In this document: in pieces, positions 26,244 to 35,356 of the stretch
Layout of the letters: each line of letters opens with the position of its first letter
Position numbering within the stretch: position 1 is the stretch's first letter
Assembly (NCBI GenBank): GCA_964558375.1
Contig: CAZLCD010000001.1
Span: 209,160-273,159, forward strand
Origin: an uncultured Candidatus Saccharibacteria bacterium
GTDB taxonomy: Bacteria; Patescibacteriota; Minisyncoccia; Phycocordibacterales; PALSA-1337
Length of the DNA stretch: 64,000 nt
Reading direction: 5' to 3'
Made by a program: the position numbers and the translations under genes
The notes under the pieces: model-generated
Told to the model about the DNA's origin: nothing
The model's input: the letters and a program-made list of their open reading frames with translations, nothing else
The model's database searches: none

Positions 26244-27110
26244 ATGAACAATAAAGATTTTAATTTAAAAAGTTATGTACAAGAGGCTCGCAGCAAAAAA
26301 GTCGCCATCGGACACTTCAATGTTTCCAATCTTGAAATGTTCCATGGGGTCTGGAATGCCGCTTCAAAGCTTAAAGTGCCGGTTATTATAGGAGTGTCTG
26401 AAGGCGAGAGAGATTTTATGGGGATCACTGAAGTTATTTCACTGGTCCGTACCTTAAGAGAAAAATACAATTATCCAATTTTTATAAATGCTGATCATAC
26501 TTATTCTTTTGAGAGAGTAAAGGAGGCAATAGATGCTGGTTTTGATTCTGCTATCTTTGATGGCACAGAACTTCCACTTGAAGAAAATATTGCAACCACA
26601 AAGAAATGTGTAGAATATGCCAAGTCTATAAACTCAAATATTTTATTAGAAGCAGAAGTCGGCTTCATCGGTAAGTCTTCCAAGCTTCTCGACAAAGTTC
26701 CAGATGGAGTAGGAAGAGTAACTACAGTGGAGGAGGCAAATGATTTTATAAATCAAACCAAGATCGACATGCTTGCTCCAGCTGTGGGTAATGTTCATGG
26801 AATGGTCAAGGGAGGAGAGCCGAAGCTCGATACACAGAGAATTAAGGAAATAGTAGATGCGACTGGTGTGCCACTTGTTCTACACGGCGCTTCTGGCAAT
26901 TCTGTAGAAGACGTAAAAGCATCCATTGAAGCCGGCATATCTATAGTGCATATTTCTACAGAGATTCGCGTGGCATATATCGAAGCTTTGAAGAAGTCTC
27001 TATCAGACAATCCAAAAGAGATCGCTCCTTATAGATATTTAAATCCTACAATCGAGGCTGTAGAAAAAGTTGTTACAGAAAAGCTAAAATTATTTAATAA
27101 TATAGTATAA
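26244..27110 (+). CDS. fba: class II fructose/tagatose-bisphosphate aldolase
   Basis: 'GHFNVSNLE', 'NADHTYSFERVKEAIDAGFDSAIFDGT', 'LEAEVGFIG', 'VGNVHGM' and 'LHGASG' are present. Confidence 0.85.
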   Translation: MNNKDFNLKSYVQEARSKKVAIGHFNVSNLEMFHGVWNAASKLKVPVIIGVSEGERDFMGITEVISLVRTLREKYNYPIFINADHTYSFERVKEAIDAGFDSAIFDGTELPLEENIATTKKCVEYAKSINSNILLEAEVGFIGKSSKLLDKVPDGVGRVTTVEEANDFINQTKIDMLAPAVGNVHGMVKGGEPKLDTQRIKEIVDATGVPLVLHGASGNSVEDVKASIEAGISIVHISTEIRVAYIEALKKSLSDNPKEIAPYRYLNPTIEAVEKVVTEKLKLFNNIV

Positions 27111-27117
27111 TTAAAAA

Positions 27118-27822
27118 ATGAAAAAACACACAGATAGTATTATTATCGCCACAGCAATTATCTTTTCTGGAGTACTCATCTCTTTCTCTCTGGTTTCAAT
27201 GAATGGTTTTTCTGTATCGTCAGCCCCTTCTACAAACAAACAAATAGACAAACAAGAAGAAGCGCCAAGAGCTGTTACTAGGACAGACCACATACAAGGA
27301 GACATAAATGCCAAACTTGTGATCGTAGAATACTCCGATACCGAATGCCCTTTCTGCAAAAACTTTCACTCGACCATGAATAGAATCATAAATGAATACG
27401 GTCCAAGCAAAAAAGTCGCATGGGTATATAGACATATGCCTATCAAGCAACTCCATGCCAAGGCTCCAAAAGAGGCTGAAGCTACAGAATGTGCAGCTGA
27501 GCTTGGTGGAAATGGTAAATTTTGGGAATATACCAACAAACTCTATGAGATCACACCTTCAAACGATGGACTAGACCCAGCTGAACTTACAAAGATCGCC
27601 GAACAAGTAGGTCTCAACACAATGCGTTTCAATTCTTGTCTTTCAAGTGGCAAGCATGCAAAGACAGTGGATGCGGATTATAAAGATGGGGTACTGGCTA
27701 TAGGAGGTAATCCAGGAACACCTTTCAGTGTCATTATCACAAAAGACGGGAAGAAAGTTCCCATCAACGGCGCTCAGCCATACGAAGTTGTGAAAGAAAT
27801 GATCGATGGATTATTAAAATAA
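27118..27822 (+). CDS. membrane-anchored DsbA-like thiol:disulfide oxidoreductase (thioredoxin fold, CPFC active site)
   Basis: An N-terminal TM segment is followed by 'EYSDTECPFCKNFH'. Confidence 0.8.
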   Translation: MKKHTDSIIIATAIIFSGVLISFSLVSMNGFSVSSAPSTNKQIDKQEEAPRAVTRTDHIQGDINAKLVIVEYSDTECPFCKNFHSTMNRIINEYGPSKKVAWVYRHMPIKQLHAKAPKEAEATECAAELGGNGKFWEYTNKLYEITPSNDGLDPAELTKIAEQVGLNTMRFNSCLSSGKHAKTVDADYKDGVLAIGGNPGTPFSVIITKDGKKVPINGAQPYEVVKEMIDGLLK

Positions 27823-27838
27823 TTTTTTAAATTAAAAA

Positions 27839-28810
27839 ATGAAAAAAGTTTATATAACAAGACAAATACCAGAGATAGGAATAAAAATGCTTACAGACAA
27901 AGGTTATGAAGTAGATATAAACAAAGAAAACAGACCACTTACAAAAGCAGAACTTATAGGAGCTTTGAAGCAAAAAGAATATGATGCAGTTCTTACCTTA
28001 CTTACCGACAATATAGACGCAGAGGTTATGGATTCTGCACCGACCGTGAAGATCTATGCAAACTTCGCTATCGGTTTCAATAACTTCAATGTAGAAGAAG
28101 CAAAAAAGAGAAATATATATCTGACCAATACTCCAGGCGGTGGAGCAGACAGAGTGGCGGAGCATACCTGGGCTCTCATCCTTGCTCTATCATGTCGTAT
28201 AGTAGAGGGTGACAATTATATGCGAGCCGGCAAATACAATGGCTGGGATCCTATGCTTCTACACGGAACAAAACTCGCAGGGAAGACTCTGGGAATACTA
28301 GGTTCTGGACGCATCGGTGCCGATGTTGCTCATAGAGCAAAGAATGGCTTCGATATGAATGTTGTTTATTATGATGTTAAAAGAAATGAGCAATTGGAAA
28401 AAGATTTCGGAGCAGTCTTTTATAATACTGTTGAAGAAGTGCTAAAGGTTTCAGATGTTGTGTCCATACACGTACCACTTTTAGACTCTACACATCACCT
28501 TATCAATAAAGAAAGATTGGCAATAATGAAACCTTCCGCTTACCTTATAAACACTTCAAGAGGTCCAGTGATCGATGAAGCAGCCTTGGTGGAAGCTTTG
28601 CAAAAGGGAATTATAAGAGGAGCGGGCTTAGATGTATTTGAATTTGAGCCAAAGCTCGTAGATGGTCTAGCCCTACTTCCAAATGTTGTTCTGACTCCAC
28701 ATATCGCATCTGGCACCGAGGAAGCTCGTCATGATATGGCCACTCTTTCTGCACAGAATATTATAAACAGTATAGAGGGTGTTAAGCCTGCCAACTTAGT
28801 ATATAATTAG
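27839..28810 (+). CDS. D-isomer-specific 2-hydroxyacid dehydrogenase (glyoxylate/hydroxypyruvate reductase-like)
   Basis: NAD-binding 'GKTLGILGSGRIGADVAHRA' and catalytic-region 'LTPHIASGTEEAR' are present. Confidence 0.85.
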   Translation: MKKVYITRQIPEIGIKMLTDKGYEVDINKENRPLTKAELIGALKQKEYDAVLTLLTDNIDAEVMDSAPTVKIYANFAIGFNNFNVEEAKKRNIYLTNTPGGGADRVAEHTWALILALSCRIVEGDNYMRAGKYNGWDPMLLHGTKLAGKTLGILGSGRIGADVAHRAKNGFDMNVVYYDVKRNEQLEKDFGAVFYNTVEEVLKVSDVVSIHVPLLDSTHHLINKERLAIMKPSAYLINTSRGPVIDEAALVEALQKGIIRGAGLDVFEFEPKLVDGLALLPNVVLTPHIASGTEEARHDMATLSAQNIINSIEGVKPANLVYN

Positions 28811-28847
28811 TCATATGTCTTCAGGAGTTGAATTTGAGGAGGATAAG

Positions 28848-29057
28848 ATGGGATATGCTGTCAAACGACAGCAGTTTTCCAATTCCCAACCAACCTTTGT
28901 AGGTGGGGTGGGGATAAGTGATTCCGATCCAAAGATGATACAATGGTTGATGAAAAAGGGTATAGTCAAGTCCTCCGGTGGTGGCCAAGTGGTGTTGATC
29001 GTCGTACTCATTTTAAATGTTATTATTACGTATTTTATAATTAAATTTTTATTATGA
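28848..29057 (+). CDS. small hypothetical protein with a C-terminal TM helix (69 aa from the SD-preceded Met; the track ORF starts at 28815)
   Basis: 'gaggaggataagATG' is a strong SD. The C-terminus is 'VVLIVVLILNVIITYFIIKFLL'. Confidence 0.5.
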   Translation: MGYAVKRQQFSNSQPTFVGGVGISDSDPKMIQWLMKKGIVKSSGGGQVVLIVVLILNVIITYFIIKFLL

Positions 29058-29173
29058 AAAAACATTTTGATAAAGCTTCCTCTCACATTCCAGTCTCGAT
29101 GTACTATGTGCTTGCTGCGGCAATGATTGCCAATGTAGTCGTTACTTTTATTATGATAAGATACTTCCTATAA
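29054..29173 (+). CDS. micro-ORF (39 aa) with a single TM helix, coupled to the preceding ORF through an ATGA overlap
   Basis: 'MKKHFDKASSHIPVSMYYVLAAAMIANVVVTFIMIRYFL'. It is too short to appear in the ORF track and ends 8 nt before the pilin gene. Confidence 0.35.
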   Translation: MKKHFDKASSHIPVSMYYVLAAAMIANVVVTFIMIRYFL

Positions 29174-29181
29174 TAAAAACC

Positions 29182-30048
29182 ATGACAAATAATTTTAAAA
29201 AAAGATTTTCTAACCGCGGTTTCACTCTCATCGAGCTTCTCGTAGTTATTTCCATTATCGGTCTTCTTTCAAGTGTTGTGTTGGCGAGTCTAAAAACCGC
29301 AAGAGATAAAGGTACTATCGCAGCAGGTATCCAGTTCAGTGGCTACAACTACCGAGCCTTCGGCGCTGATGCAGCGGGGTATTGGGATTTTAATAATAGT
29401 ACAACGGTAGATACTTCTGGAAATGGTAATACCTTAACTATCGTCGGTGCCCCTACATATGATTCAAACAATACTTATAATAATTCAGGTAGATCTATGT
29501 ACTTCTTACAATCAGCAGGCACAAGGTATCTTTCTATTGCAAGTAATGCAAGTCTATTAAAACCAACAACTCAAGGAACTGTGGGTGCTTGGATAAAGGC
29601 AGGATCAAATGTGGGCGGTAGTTATCGTGGTATTGTCGTGAAGAACTATTCATATGGAATTTTTCTAAACAATGGAATATTATCTACATATAATTATGGT
29701 ACAGCTAATGGTCCTGCAGGCAACAGAAGTTCTGGAGTTACTGTAAATGATGATAAATGGCATCATGTAACAGTTACCTTTAAAGGTAACGTAACTAACG
29801 GATCTCAATTTTATGTTGATGGAAAAGCTGTAGGTGCTCCATTTACTTATAACACAACTGGGGTCGGTACAGATCAAGCTCAAGGAGTAACTATTGCTTC
29901 TGGAGGAACAGATATAAATGGACAAACTCAAAACTTCACTGGCTACATCGACGACGCGTTCATCTACACCTCCTCCCTCCTCGCTTCTGAAATCCATGAC
30001 CTTTATGTACAGGGATTGCCGGAGCACACACTGGTAGATGCTCGATAA
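29182..30048 (+). CDS. type IV pilin / pseudopilin-like protein (prepilin N-terminal cleavage-methylation motif) fused to a LamG lectin domain
   Basis: 'FSNRGFTLIELLVVISIIGLL' is the class III signal. The C-terminal 'IDDAFIYTSSLLASEIHDLYVQG' is the same LamG terminal signature seen in the large surface proteins. Confidence 0.85.
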   Translation: MTNNFKKRFSNRGFTLIELLVVISIIGLLSSVVLASLKTARDKGTIAAGIQFSGYNYRAFGADAAGYWDFNNSTTVDTSGNGNTLTIVGAPTYDSNNTYNNSGRSMYFLQSAGTRYLSIASNASLLKPTTQGTVGAWIKAGSNVGGSYRGIVVKNYSYGIFLNNGILSTYNYGTANGPAGNRSSGVTVNDDKWHHVTVTFKGNVTNGSQFYVDGKAVGAPFTYNTTGVGTDQAQGVTIASGGTDINGQTQNFTGYIDDAFIYTSSLLASEIHDLYVQGLPEHTLVDAR

Positions 30049-30087
30049 TTTGCTTTTTTATATATTCTGTATATAATAGCTTCCTAT

Positions 30088-30753
30088 ATGATTACATTAA
30101 CTGTAGAGCGACGTGACAGCAAAACAAGAGTAGATAATCTTCGAGAAGAAGGCAGAATGCCTGCAGTTTTCTACGGTCCAAAAGAAAAGTCAACACCGAT
30201 CAGTGTTTCAATGACTGAATTTATAAAAGTTTACAAAAAAGCTGGAGAATCTTCAGTTATTATTCTAAAGGACGGTACACATGAGCATGAAGCTCTTATA
30301 CATGAGATGGATGTGCATCCAGTTACAGGAACTCCAAGACATGCAGATTTTTATGTTATAGAAAAGGGTAAAAAAGTTAAAGTTAATATCCCTCTTATCT
30401 TTGAAGGAGTTTCTCCTGCAGTAAAAGACAAAGGCGCTATTCTTATCAAGGTGGCTCGAGAGCTAGAAGTAGAAGCTGCACCAAAGGATCTACCTCATGA
30501 ATTAAAAATAGACATAAGTTCACTTGTAGAATTTTCAAGTACAATCACCGCAAAGGATATAAAGCTTCCAGCCGGAGTAACTCTAGTTTCAGGAGCAGAT
30601 GAAATATTGGCGTCAGTAGCAGAAGCAAAAGAAGAAGCAGAAGAAGTAAAACCTATAGACATGTCAACGATCGAAGTTGCAAAGAAAGGTAAAGAAGCTA
30701 AAGAAGGAGAAGAAGTTGTAGCTGAAGACAAAAAAGAAGAAAAGAAGGCGTAA
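30088..30753 (+). CDS. rplY: 50S ribosomal protein L25 / general stress protein Ctc, with an acidic C-terminal extension
   Basis: 'TLTVERRDSKTRVDNLREEGRMPAVFYGPK' matches L25. Confidence 0.85.
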   Translation: MITLTVERRDSKTRVDNLREEGRMPAVFYGPKEKSTPISVSMTEFIKVYKKAGESSVIILKDGTHEHEALIHEMDVHPVTGTPRHADFYVIEKGKKVKVNIPLIFEGVSPAVKDKGAILIKVARELEVEAAPKDLPHELKIDISSLVEFSSTITAKDIKLPAGVTLVSGADEILASVAEAKEEAEEVKPIDMSTIEVAKKGKEAKEGEEVVAEDKKEEKKA

Positions 30754-30771
30754 GGGTGGTATAATATTGGG

Positions 30772-32157
30772 ATGTATAAAGTTTTTAGGGTTATTATTCC
30801 TGTTTTTATTTTTGTATTTTTTCTTGCATCGCCTTTTTTTGCATCTGCTCAAAGCGGCGAAAACACAGATCAAAGAGAGGCTCGCCTTAGAGCAGAGCTT
30901 GCTCAAGTAGAGAAAGAGCAGGCAGAAACAGAAAAGATTCTAGCGACTACCAAAAATCAAACCGCCTCCATTCAGAGAGATATACTTATTTTATCTACAA
31001 AGATTAAAGCTGCTCAGCTCAATATCAAAGCCAAGACTTTGATCATAGAAACCTTAGGAAAAGATATAAATAAAAAACAAGCCAAGATCGAAGATCTAGA
31101 AAGTCATATAGATCGCGGAGTGGAGACCTTGGCTCAGATCATGAGAAAGACAAACGAGATCGACTCATATTCTTTTGCAGAATTTATTTTGGCTAGAGAA
31201 AATTTATCAGAAGCCTTTGTCGATATAGATAATTTTCAATCTCTGCAATCTTCTTTGAAAGATACCTTCGAAGAGATTCGCGACGACAAAACTCAGACAG
31301 AGACAGAGAAAAGTAGCTTGAGTAAGAGGAAAAATCAAGAGACGGATGCGCGCGCTACTATAGAATCAGAAAAAAGAAATATAGAAGCCAATGAAAAAGA
31401 AAAGCAAAGACTACTTAACCTAAGTAAGGGAAGTGAATATGCCTACGGACAGCTTCTGAAAGAAAAACAACAAAAAGCCGCACAGATCCGTGCCGCACTA
31501 TTTGCTTTGAGGGGTAGTGCATCTATTCCGTTCGGAGATGCTTTAGCCTATGCCAATGCCTCTTCAAAACAGACGGGAGTCAGAGCTGCTTTTCTTCTGG
31601 CGGTTTTGACTCAAGAGTCCAACCTTGGAGCAAATATCGGTCAATGCTTCCTTTCAGATATTTCAAATGGAAATGGTGTGGGTAAAAATACAGGAACTCC
31701 TTTCGAGCAGGTAATGAAAGCTCCTCGAGATACAGAACCTTTTGCAAATATTACAAATAGGCTTGGAAGAGATTGGAAAAGTACACCAGTTTCTTGTCCG
31801 CCAGATCATATATACTATGTAGGAAGAGGCTTCGGTGGCGGTATGGGACCTTCCCAATTTATACCTTCTACATGGGAGCTTTTCAAAGGTACTTTAGGCA
31901 AATTGCTTGGCATATCTGCAGACAGTGTGGATCCATGGAACCCTCAACATGCTTTCATGGCTACAGCTGTTTATATGAGGGATTTGGGTGCTGGAGCGGG
32001 TACATATACAGCAGAGAGGAATTCTGCTTGTAGATACTATTCAGGTGCGCCTTGTACACCAGGCAGAAAGCCCGCAAATGTCTTCTATGGAGACGATGTG
32101 ATGGTTATAGCCGATAGAATACAAAGAACTATGATTGACCCTTTGCAGGGACTATGA
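30772..32157 (+). CDS. secreted coiled-coil protein with a C-terminal lytic-transglycosylase-like (MltB/SLT-type) domain
   Basis: A signal peptide is followed by a long heptad-rich region. 'AVLTQESNLG' is an E-S catalytic-type motif and 'GPSQFIPSTWELF' resembles the 'PMQFMPxTW' motif of the MltB family. Confidence 0.5.
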   Translation: MYKVFRVIIPVFIFVFFLASPFFASAQSGENTDQREARLRAELAQVEKEQAETEKILATTKNQTASIQRDILILSTKIKAAQLNIKAKTLIIETLGKDINKKQAKIEDLESHIDRGVETLAQIMRKTNEIDSYSFAEFILARENLSEAFVDIDNFQSLQSSLKDTFEEIRDDKTQTETEKSSLSKRKNQETDARATIESEKRNIEANEKEKQRLLNLSKGSEYAYGQLLKEKQQKAAQIRAALFALRGSASIPFGDALAYANASSKQTGVRAAFLLAVLTQESNLGANIGQCFLSDISNGNGVGKNTGTPFEQVMKAPRDTEPFANITNRLGRDWKSTPVSCPPDHIYYVGRGFGGGMGPSQFIPSTWELFKGTLGKLLGISADSVDPWNPQHAFMATAVYMRDLGAGAGTYTAERNSACRYYSGAPCTPGRKPANVFYGDDVMVIADRIQRTMIDPLQGL

Positions 32158-32182
32158 TAAAGTCTTTCGTATAATAAATTTT

Positions 32183-32458
32183 ATGAAAAAAGACATTCAC
32201 CCAAAGGAATACAGACCAGTAGTCTTCGTTGATAATTCCAACGGAACTAAGTTTCTTATTTCTTCAACTATCAAAACTTCAGAAAAAGAAACATGGACAG
32301 ATGGTAAAGAATATCCTGCATACCACGTGGAAATTTCTAGTTCATCTCATCCTTTCTATACAAATCAAGAGAAATCTCTAGACAGTGCAGGTCGTGTAGA
32401 AAAGTTCAAAACTCGCCAGTCAAAGGCTACAAGCAAGACTTCTGTAAAGAAGGCTTAA
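32183..32458 (+). CDS. rpmE: 50S ribosomal protein L31 (start at 'MKKDIHPKEY'; the track ORF begins earlier at 32135)
   Basis: 'MKKDIHPKEYRPVVF.D...G..F...ST......TW.DGKEYP...VEISS.SHPFYT' matches L31. Confidence 0.85.
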   Translation: MKKDIHPKEYRPVVFVDNSNGTKFLISSTIKTSEKETWTDGKEYPAYHVEISSSSHPFYTNQEKSLDSAGRVEKFKTRQSKATSKTSVKKA

Positions 32459-32580
32459 CTTAAAAAGGTAAGATACTGTCCTTCCGCAGACCAGAAGTTT
32501 TTTGCTAAAAACTTCTTAATCCTCGGCGACTACTCGCCTGCGGAGTCTGCTTCAGAACAATATCTTACCTTTTTAAGTTA
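32459..32580 (+). ncRNA. candidate structured RNA or cis element: a 14-bp outer inverted repeat enclosing nested hairpins between rpmE and prfA
   Basis: 'AAAAAGGTAAGATA...TATCTTACCTTTTT' is a perfect 14-bp inverted repeat. Inside it 'TCCGCAG...CTGCGGA' and 'AGAAGTTTTT-tgct-AAAAACTTCT' are also inverted repeats. Confidence 0.3.
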
Positions 32581-32591
32581 TAATTCATCCT

Positions 32592-33518
32592 ATGAACTTA
32601 GAAGAATATAAGAAAAATCACAAAACAGCGTATTTGGCTGAAATTTATGAAAAGCTTTTGAAGGAAGAAGCGGAGCTTTTTTCTATGATTACCAGTGATC
32701 CGAGCATGAAAGAAATAGCTGAAAATGACCTTGCTATCCTAGCAGAACAAAAGAAAAATACCGAAGATCAGATCAAGGTAATTATCGAATCTGAAAAAGA
32801 GGAGATAGAATATCCGACTGAGCTTGTTCTAGAAATACGCGCAGCGACAGGTGGAGATGAAGCTAATATCTTTGCTCATGAACTTTTTCAAATGTACAAA
32901 AAGTACGCAGAAAGCCAAGGTTGGTCGTCAAAGGAAATCGATGATCTGACTATGGAGATAAAGGGTAAGACCGCCTACAATATCTTGAGACATGAAACCG
33001 GTGTGCATAGAGTGCAGAGAATTCCTGAAACAGAAAAGATGGGCAGAGTACATACTTCCACCGCTTCGGTGGCGATCCTGCCTATACGAAAAAAAGTCAA
33101 ATTTGAAATCAATCCAGCCGAACTTCATATGGAATTCTCTAGAGCTGGTGGAAAGGGTGGACAGAATGTTAATAAGGTTGAAACAGCTGTGCGCATACTT
33201 CATGTTCCTACAGGTATAGATGTGAGAGCTACTGCAGAAAGAAGTCAAAGTGCGAACCGTGAAATGGCTATGGCAATACTTAGTGCAAAATTGGAAGCTC
33301 TAAAAGAAGAACAAGAAGCTAAGAAATTTAGCTCACATCGAAAAGGTCAGATAGGTACAGGTGATCGTTCAGAGAAGATCAGAACTTACAATTTCCCGCA
33401 GGACCGTATAACCGATCATCGTATCAAAGAGTCTTGGAGTAATATCCATACTATTATGGCTGGTAAGCTCGATTCGATTATCGAGAAGCTACAGGAGTTT
33501 GAAAAGTTGCAAAACTAA
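32592..33518 (+). CDS. prfA: peptide chain release factor 1 (short, 308 aa)
   Basis: 'HRVQRIPETEKMGRVHTSTASVAILP' gives a PxT tripeptide as PET. The GGQ motif is 'RAGGKGGQNVNKVETAVRILHVPTGI'. Confidence 0.85.
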   Translation: MNLEEYKKNHKTAYLAEIYEKLLKEEAELFSMITSDPSMKEIAENDLAILAEQKKNTEDQIKVIIESEKEEIEYPTELVLEIRAATGGDEANIFAHELFQMYKKYAESQGWSSKEIDDLTMEIKGKTAYNILRHETGVHRVQRIPETEKMGRVHTSTASVAILPIRKKVKFEINPAELHMEFSRAGGKGGQNVNKVETAVRILHVPTGIDVRATAERSQSANREMAMAILSAKLEALKEEQEAKKFSSHRKGQIGTGDRSEKIRTYNFPQDRITDHRIKESWSNIHTIMAGKLDSIIEKLQEFEKLQN

Positions 33519-33559
33519 GCTCTATTTGCTACACTCTCTCTACTTATTTAATATAAATT

Positions 33560-34237
33560 ATGTCAACACCAAACAATCCAACTATAGACAGTATGTTCAA
33601 AGCAGGAGCGCATTTTGCCTTCTCCAGAACTCGTCGTCATCCAAGTGTTACCCCATATATTTTTGGTGCAAAAAACAAAGTAGATATTTTTGATCTAGAA
33701 AAGACAGAAGCTCTGCTAGAGAAGGCAAAGGCTTTCATGGCATCTCTTGCGAAAGAAGGCAAAAGTGTACTTATTGTAGGTGGCAAAAGTGAAGCACGTG
33801 CTGCTGTAAAGACTGGTGCTCTTTCAATAAACATGCCATATGTAGATGGAAGATGGATCGGTGGAACTCTTACAAACTTCGTTCAGATCCGCAAGCGTGT
33901 AGAAAAGATGGAAAAGCTAATGTCAGAAAAAGAAAAAGGTGAACTTGCAAAGTACACCAAGAAAGAAAGACTTTTGATCGATCGCGAAATAGCCAACCTC
34001 GAGAGATTTTTCTCAGGTATAGTTTCTATGAAGGATTTACCAAAGGCTCTTTTTGTAATAGACCCAAAGAAAGAAAAGAATGCGGTGAAGGAAGCAGAAG
34101 ATATGGGTATTCCAGTTATTGCTTTAGCAGGTTCAGACTGTGATATCAAAAAGATCGATCATCCTGTTATCGGTAACGATTCCTCAAGAACTAGTGTGCA
34201 GTTTTTCGTTCAAGAAATAGTTAAATCATACAAATAA
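33560..34237 (+). CDS. rpsB: 30S ribosomal protein S2
   Basis: 'MFKAGAHFAFSRTRRHPSVTPYIFGAKNKVDIFDLEKT' and the rpsB-tsf gene pair support the call. Confidence 0.9.
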   Translation: MSTPNNPTIDSMFKAGAHFAFSRTRRHPSVTPYIFGAKNKVDIFDLEKTEALLEKAKAFMASLAKEGKSVLIVGGKSEARAAVKTGALSINMPYVDGRWIGGTLTNFVQIRKRVEKMEKLMSEKEKGELAKYTKKERLLIDREIANLERFFSGIVSMKDLPKALFVIDPKKEKNAVKEAEDMGIPVIALAGSDCDIKKIDHPVIGNDSSRTSVQFFVQEIVKSYK

Positions 34238-34242
34238 AGTCT

Positions 34243-34830
34243 ATGGTCACAACAGAACAAATAAAAGAATTGAGAGACTCTACTGGTATCTCAGTTATGC
34301 AATGCAAAAAGGCTCTCGAAGAGGCTGGAGGAGACATGGAGAAGGCTCTGGTTATTTTGCGTAAGAAAAGTGGGGAATTGGCTGCAAAGAAAAGTGATCG
34401 CACATTCGGCGCAGGCACAGTACAAGCTTATGTTCATTCTACAGGCAGAGTATCGGCTATGGTTGAGCTTGTCTGCGAAACCGACTTTGTTTCCGGTAAC
34501 AATGAATTCAAAGCCTTGGCTCGAGATATTGCTATGCATATTACTGCTTCCAATCCAAAATTTTTGAATAAAGAAGAAATAACAGAAGAGTCAAGAAATG
34601 TTGCAAAGGAAGTCTTTATGAAAGAAGTCGAAGGTAAGCCAAAGGAAATGCAAGATAAGATTCTAGAAGGTAAACTTTCGACATATTTTTCTGAAATGGT
34701 TCTTTTGAATCAATCTTTCATTAAGAATCCAGATCTGACTATCGAGGCTCTTGTTTTGGCTGCTGGACAGAAGTTCGGTGAGAAGATAGCCATCGCTCGC
34801 TTCGCTCGCTTTGCTGTGCTCGAAAAATAA
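34243..34830 (+). CDS. tsf: elongation factor Ts
   Basis: 'IKELRDSTGISVMQCKKALEEAGGDMEKA' is the UBA-like N-terminus and 'AMVELVCETDFV' is present. Confidence 0.9.
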   Translation: MVTTEQIKELRDSTGISVMQCKKALEEAGGDMEKALVILRKKSGELAAKKSDRTFGAGTVQAYVHSTGRVSAMVELVCETDFVSGNNEFKALARDIAMHITASNPKFLNKEEITEESRNVAKEVFMKEVEGKPKEMQDKILEGKLSTYFSEMVLLNQSFIKNPDLTIEALVLAAGQKFGEKIAIARFARFAVLEK

Positions 34831-34842
34831 ACTTTTTAATCA

Positions 34843-35253
34843 ATGTCAATTTTCCTAAACACATTCATAATTTCTTTCTACGTGTCACTTCTCGGCATTA
34901 TAAGTATGATCGGTATAAAGTCTATGGAGATAAATTCTGGCAAAAAAAGTTGGGTCTCTAGACTTTCTGACAATACAAATCACCTGGTGCATGATGCCTA
35001 CGATAGGACTAGGACATTTATCTCATATATAAACAGAAAGAGCGCACTTGCACTTGTTCAATGGATTGCGTATCATATTCTCTCATGGGCACGTGAGTTC
35101 TATATTTGGGCTTATCACAAGGCCCATGCTCACGCCCCATCAAAGAAAGTGATAGATATGGTGCGAGGTAAAGGAAAAGAATACAAAGGCGGTGGCGCGT
35201 CCTTTTATTTGAAAAGGATTTCAGAGGAGGAAGAGGAAGAAGTTTTAAAATAA
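34843..35253 (+). CDS. hypothetical membrane protein with an acidic C-terminus
   Basis: An N-terminal TM helix and an 'EEEEEE' tail. No recognisable family. Confidence 0.4.
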   Translation: MSIFLNTFIISFYVSLLGIISMIGIKSMEINSGKKSWVSRLSDNTNHLVHDAYDRTRTFISYINRKSALALVQWIAYHILSWAREFYIWAYHKAHAHAPSKKVIDMVRGKGKEYKGGGASFYLKRISEEEEEEVLK

Positions 35254-35278
35254 ATATAATATGTTAGTATGTAAATAG

Positions 35279-35352
35279 GCCATCTTAGCTCAGCTGGTAG
35301 AGCAACATTTTTGTAAAATGAAGGTCCCCGGTTCGATCCCGGGAGATGGCTC
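35279..35352 (+). tRNA. tRNA-Thr (anticodon UGU)
   Basis: The cloverleaf was folded by hand. Acceptor GCCATCT/AGATGGC, D-arm GCTC-AGCTGGTA-GAGC, anticodon loop TT-TGT-AA, T-arm CCCGG-TTCGATC-CCGGG. CCA is not cleanly encoded (CCCA). Confidence 0.8.
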
Positions 35353-35356
35353 CCAA

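Noticed and set aside
32459-32580. SRP (4.5S) RNA on the minus strand, because of a 'GGUCUGCGGAAGGACAG' stretch resembling the helix-8 'GGUCCGGAAGGAAGCAG' motif
   Set aside because: In the folded element the GGAA is not a hairpin tetraloop and the conserved 'GCAGC' 3' strand is missing. It is retained only as a generic structured-RNA candidate.
32592-33518. The RF1 'PET' tripeptide in place of the canonical 'PAT', as a sign of altered stop-codon recognition
   Set aside because: The middle position of PxT tolerates substitutions and the GGQ motif and flanking residues are canonical. Stop-codon usage in the window is ordinary.
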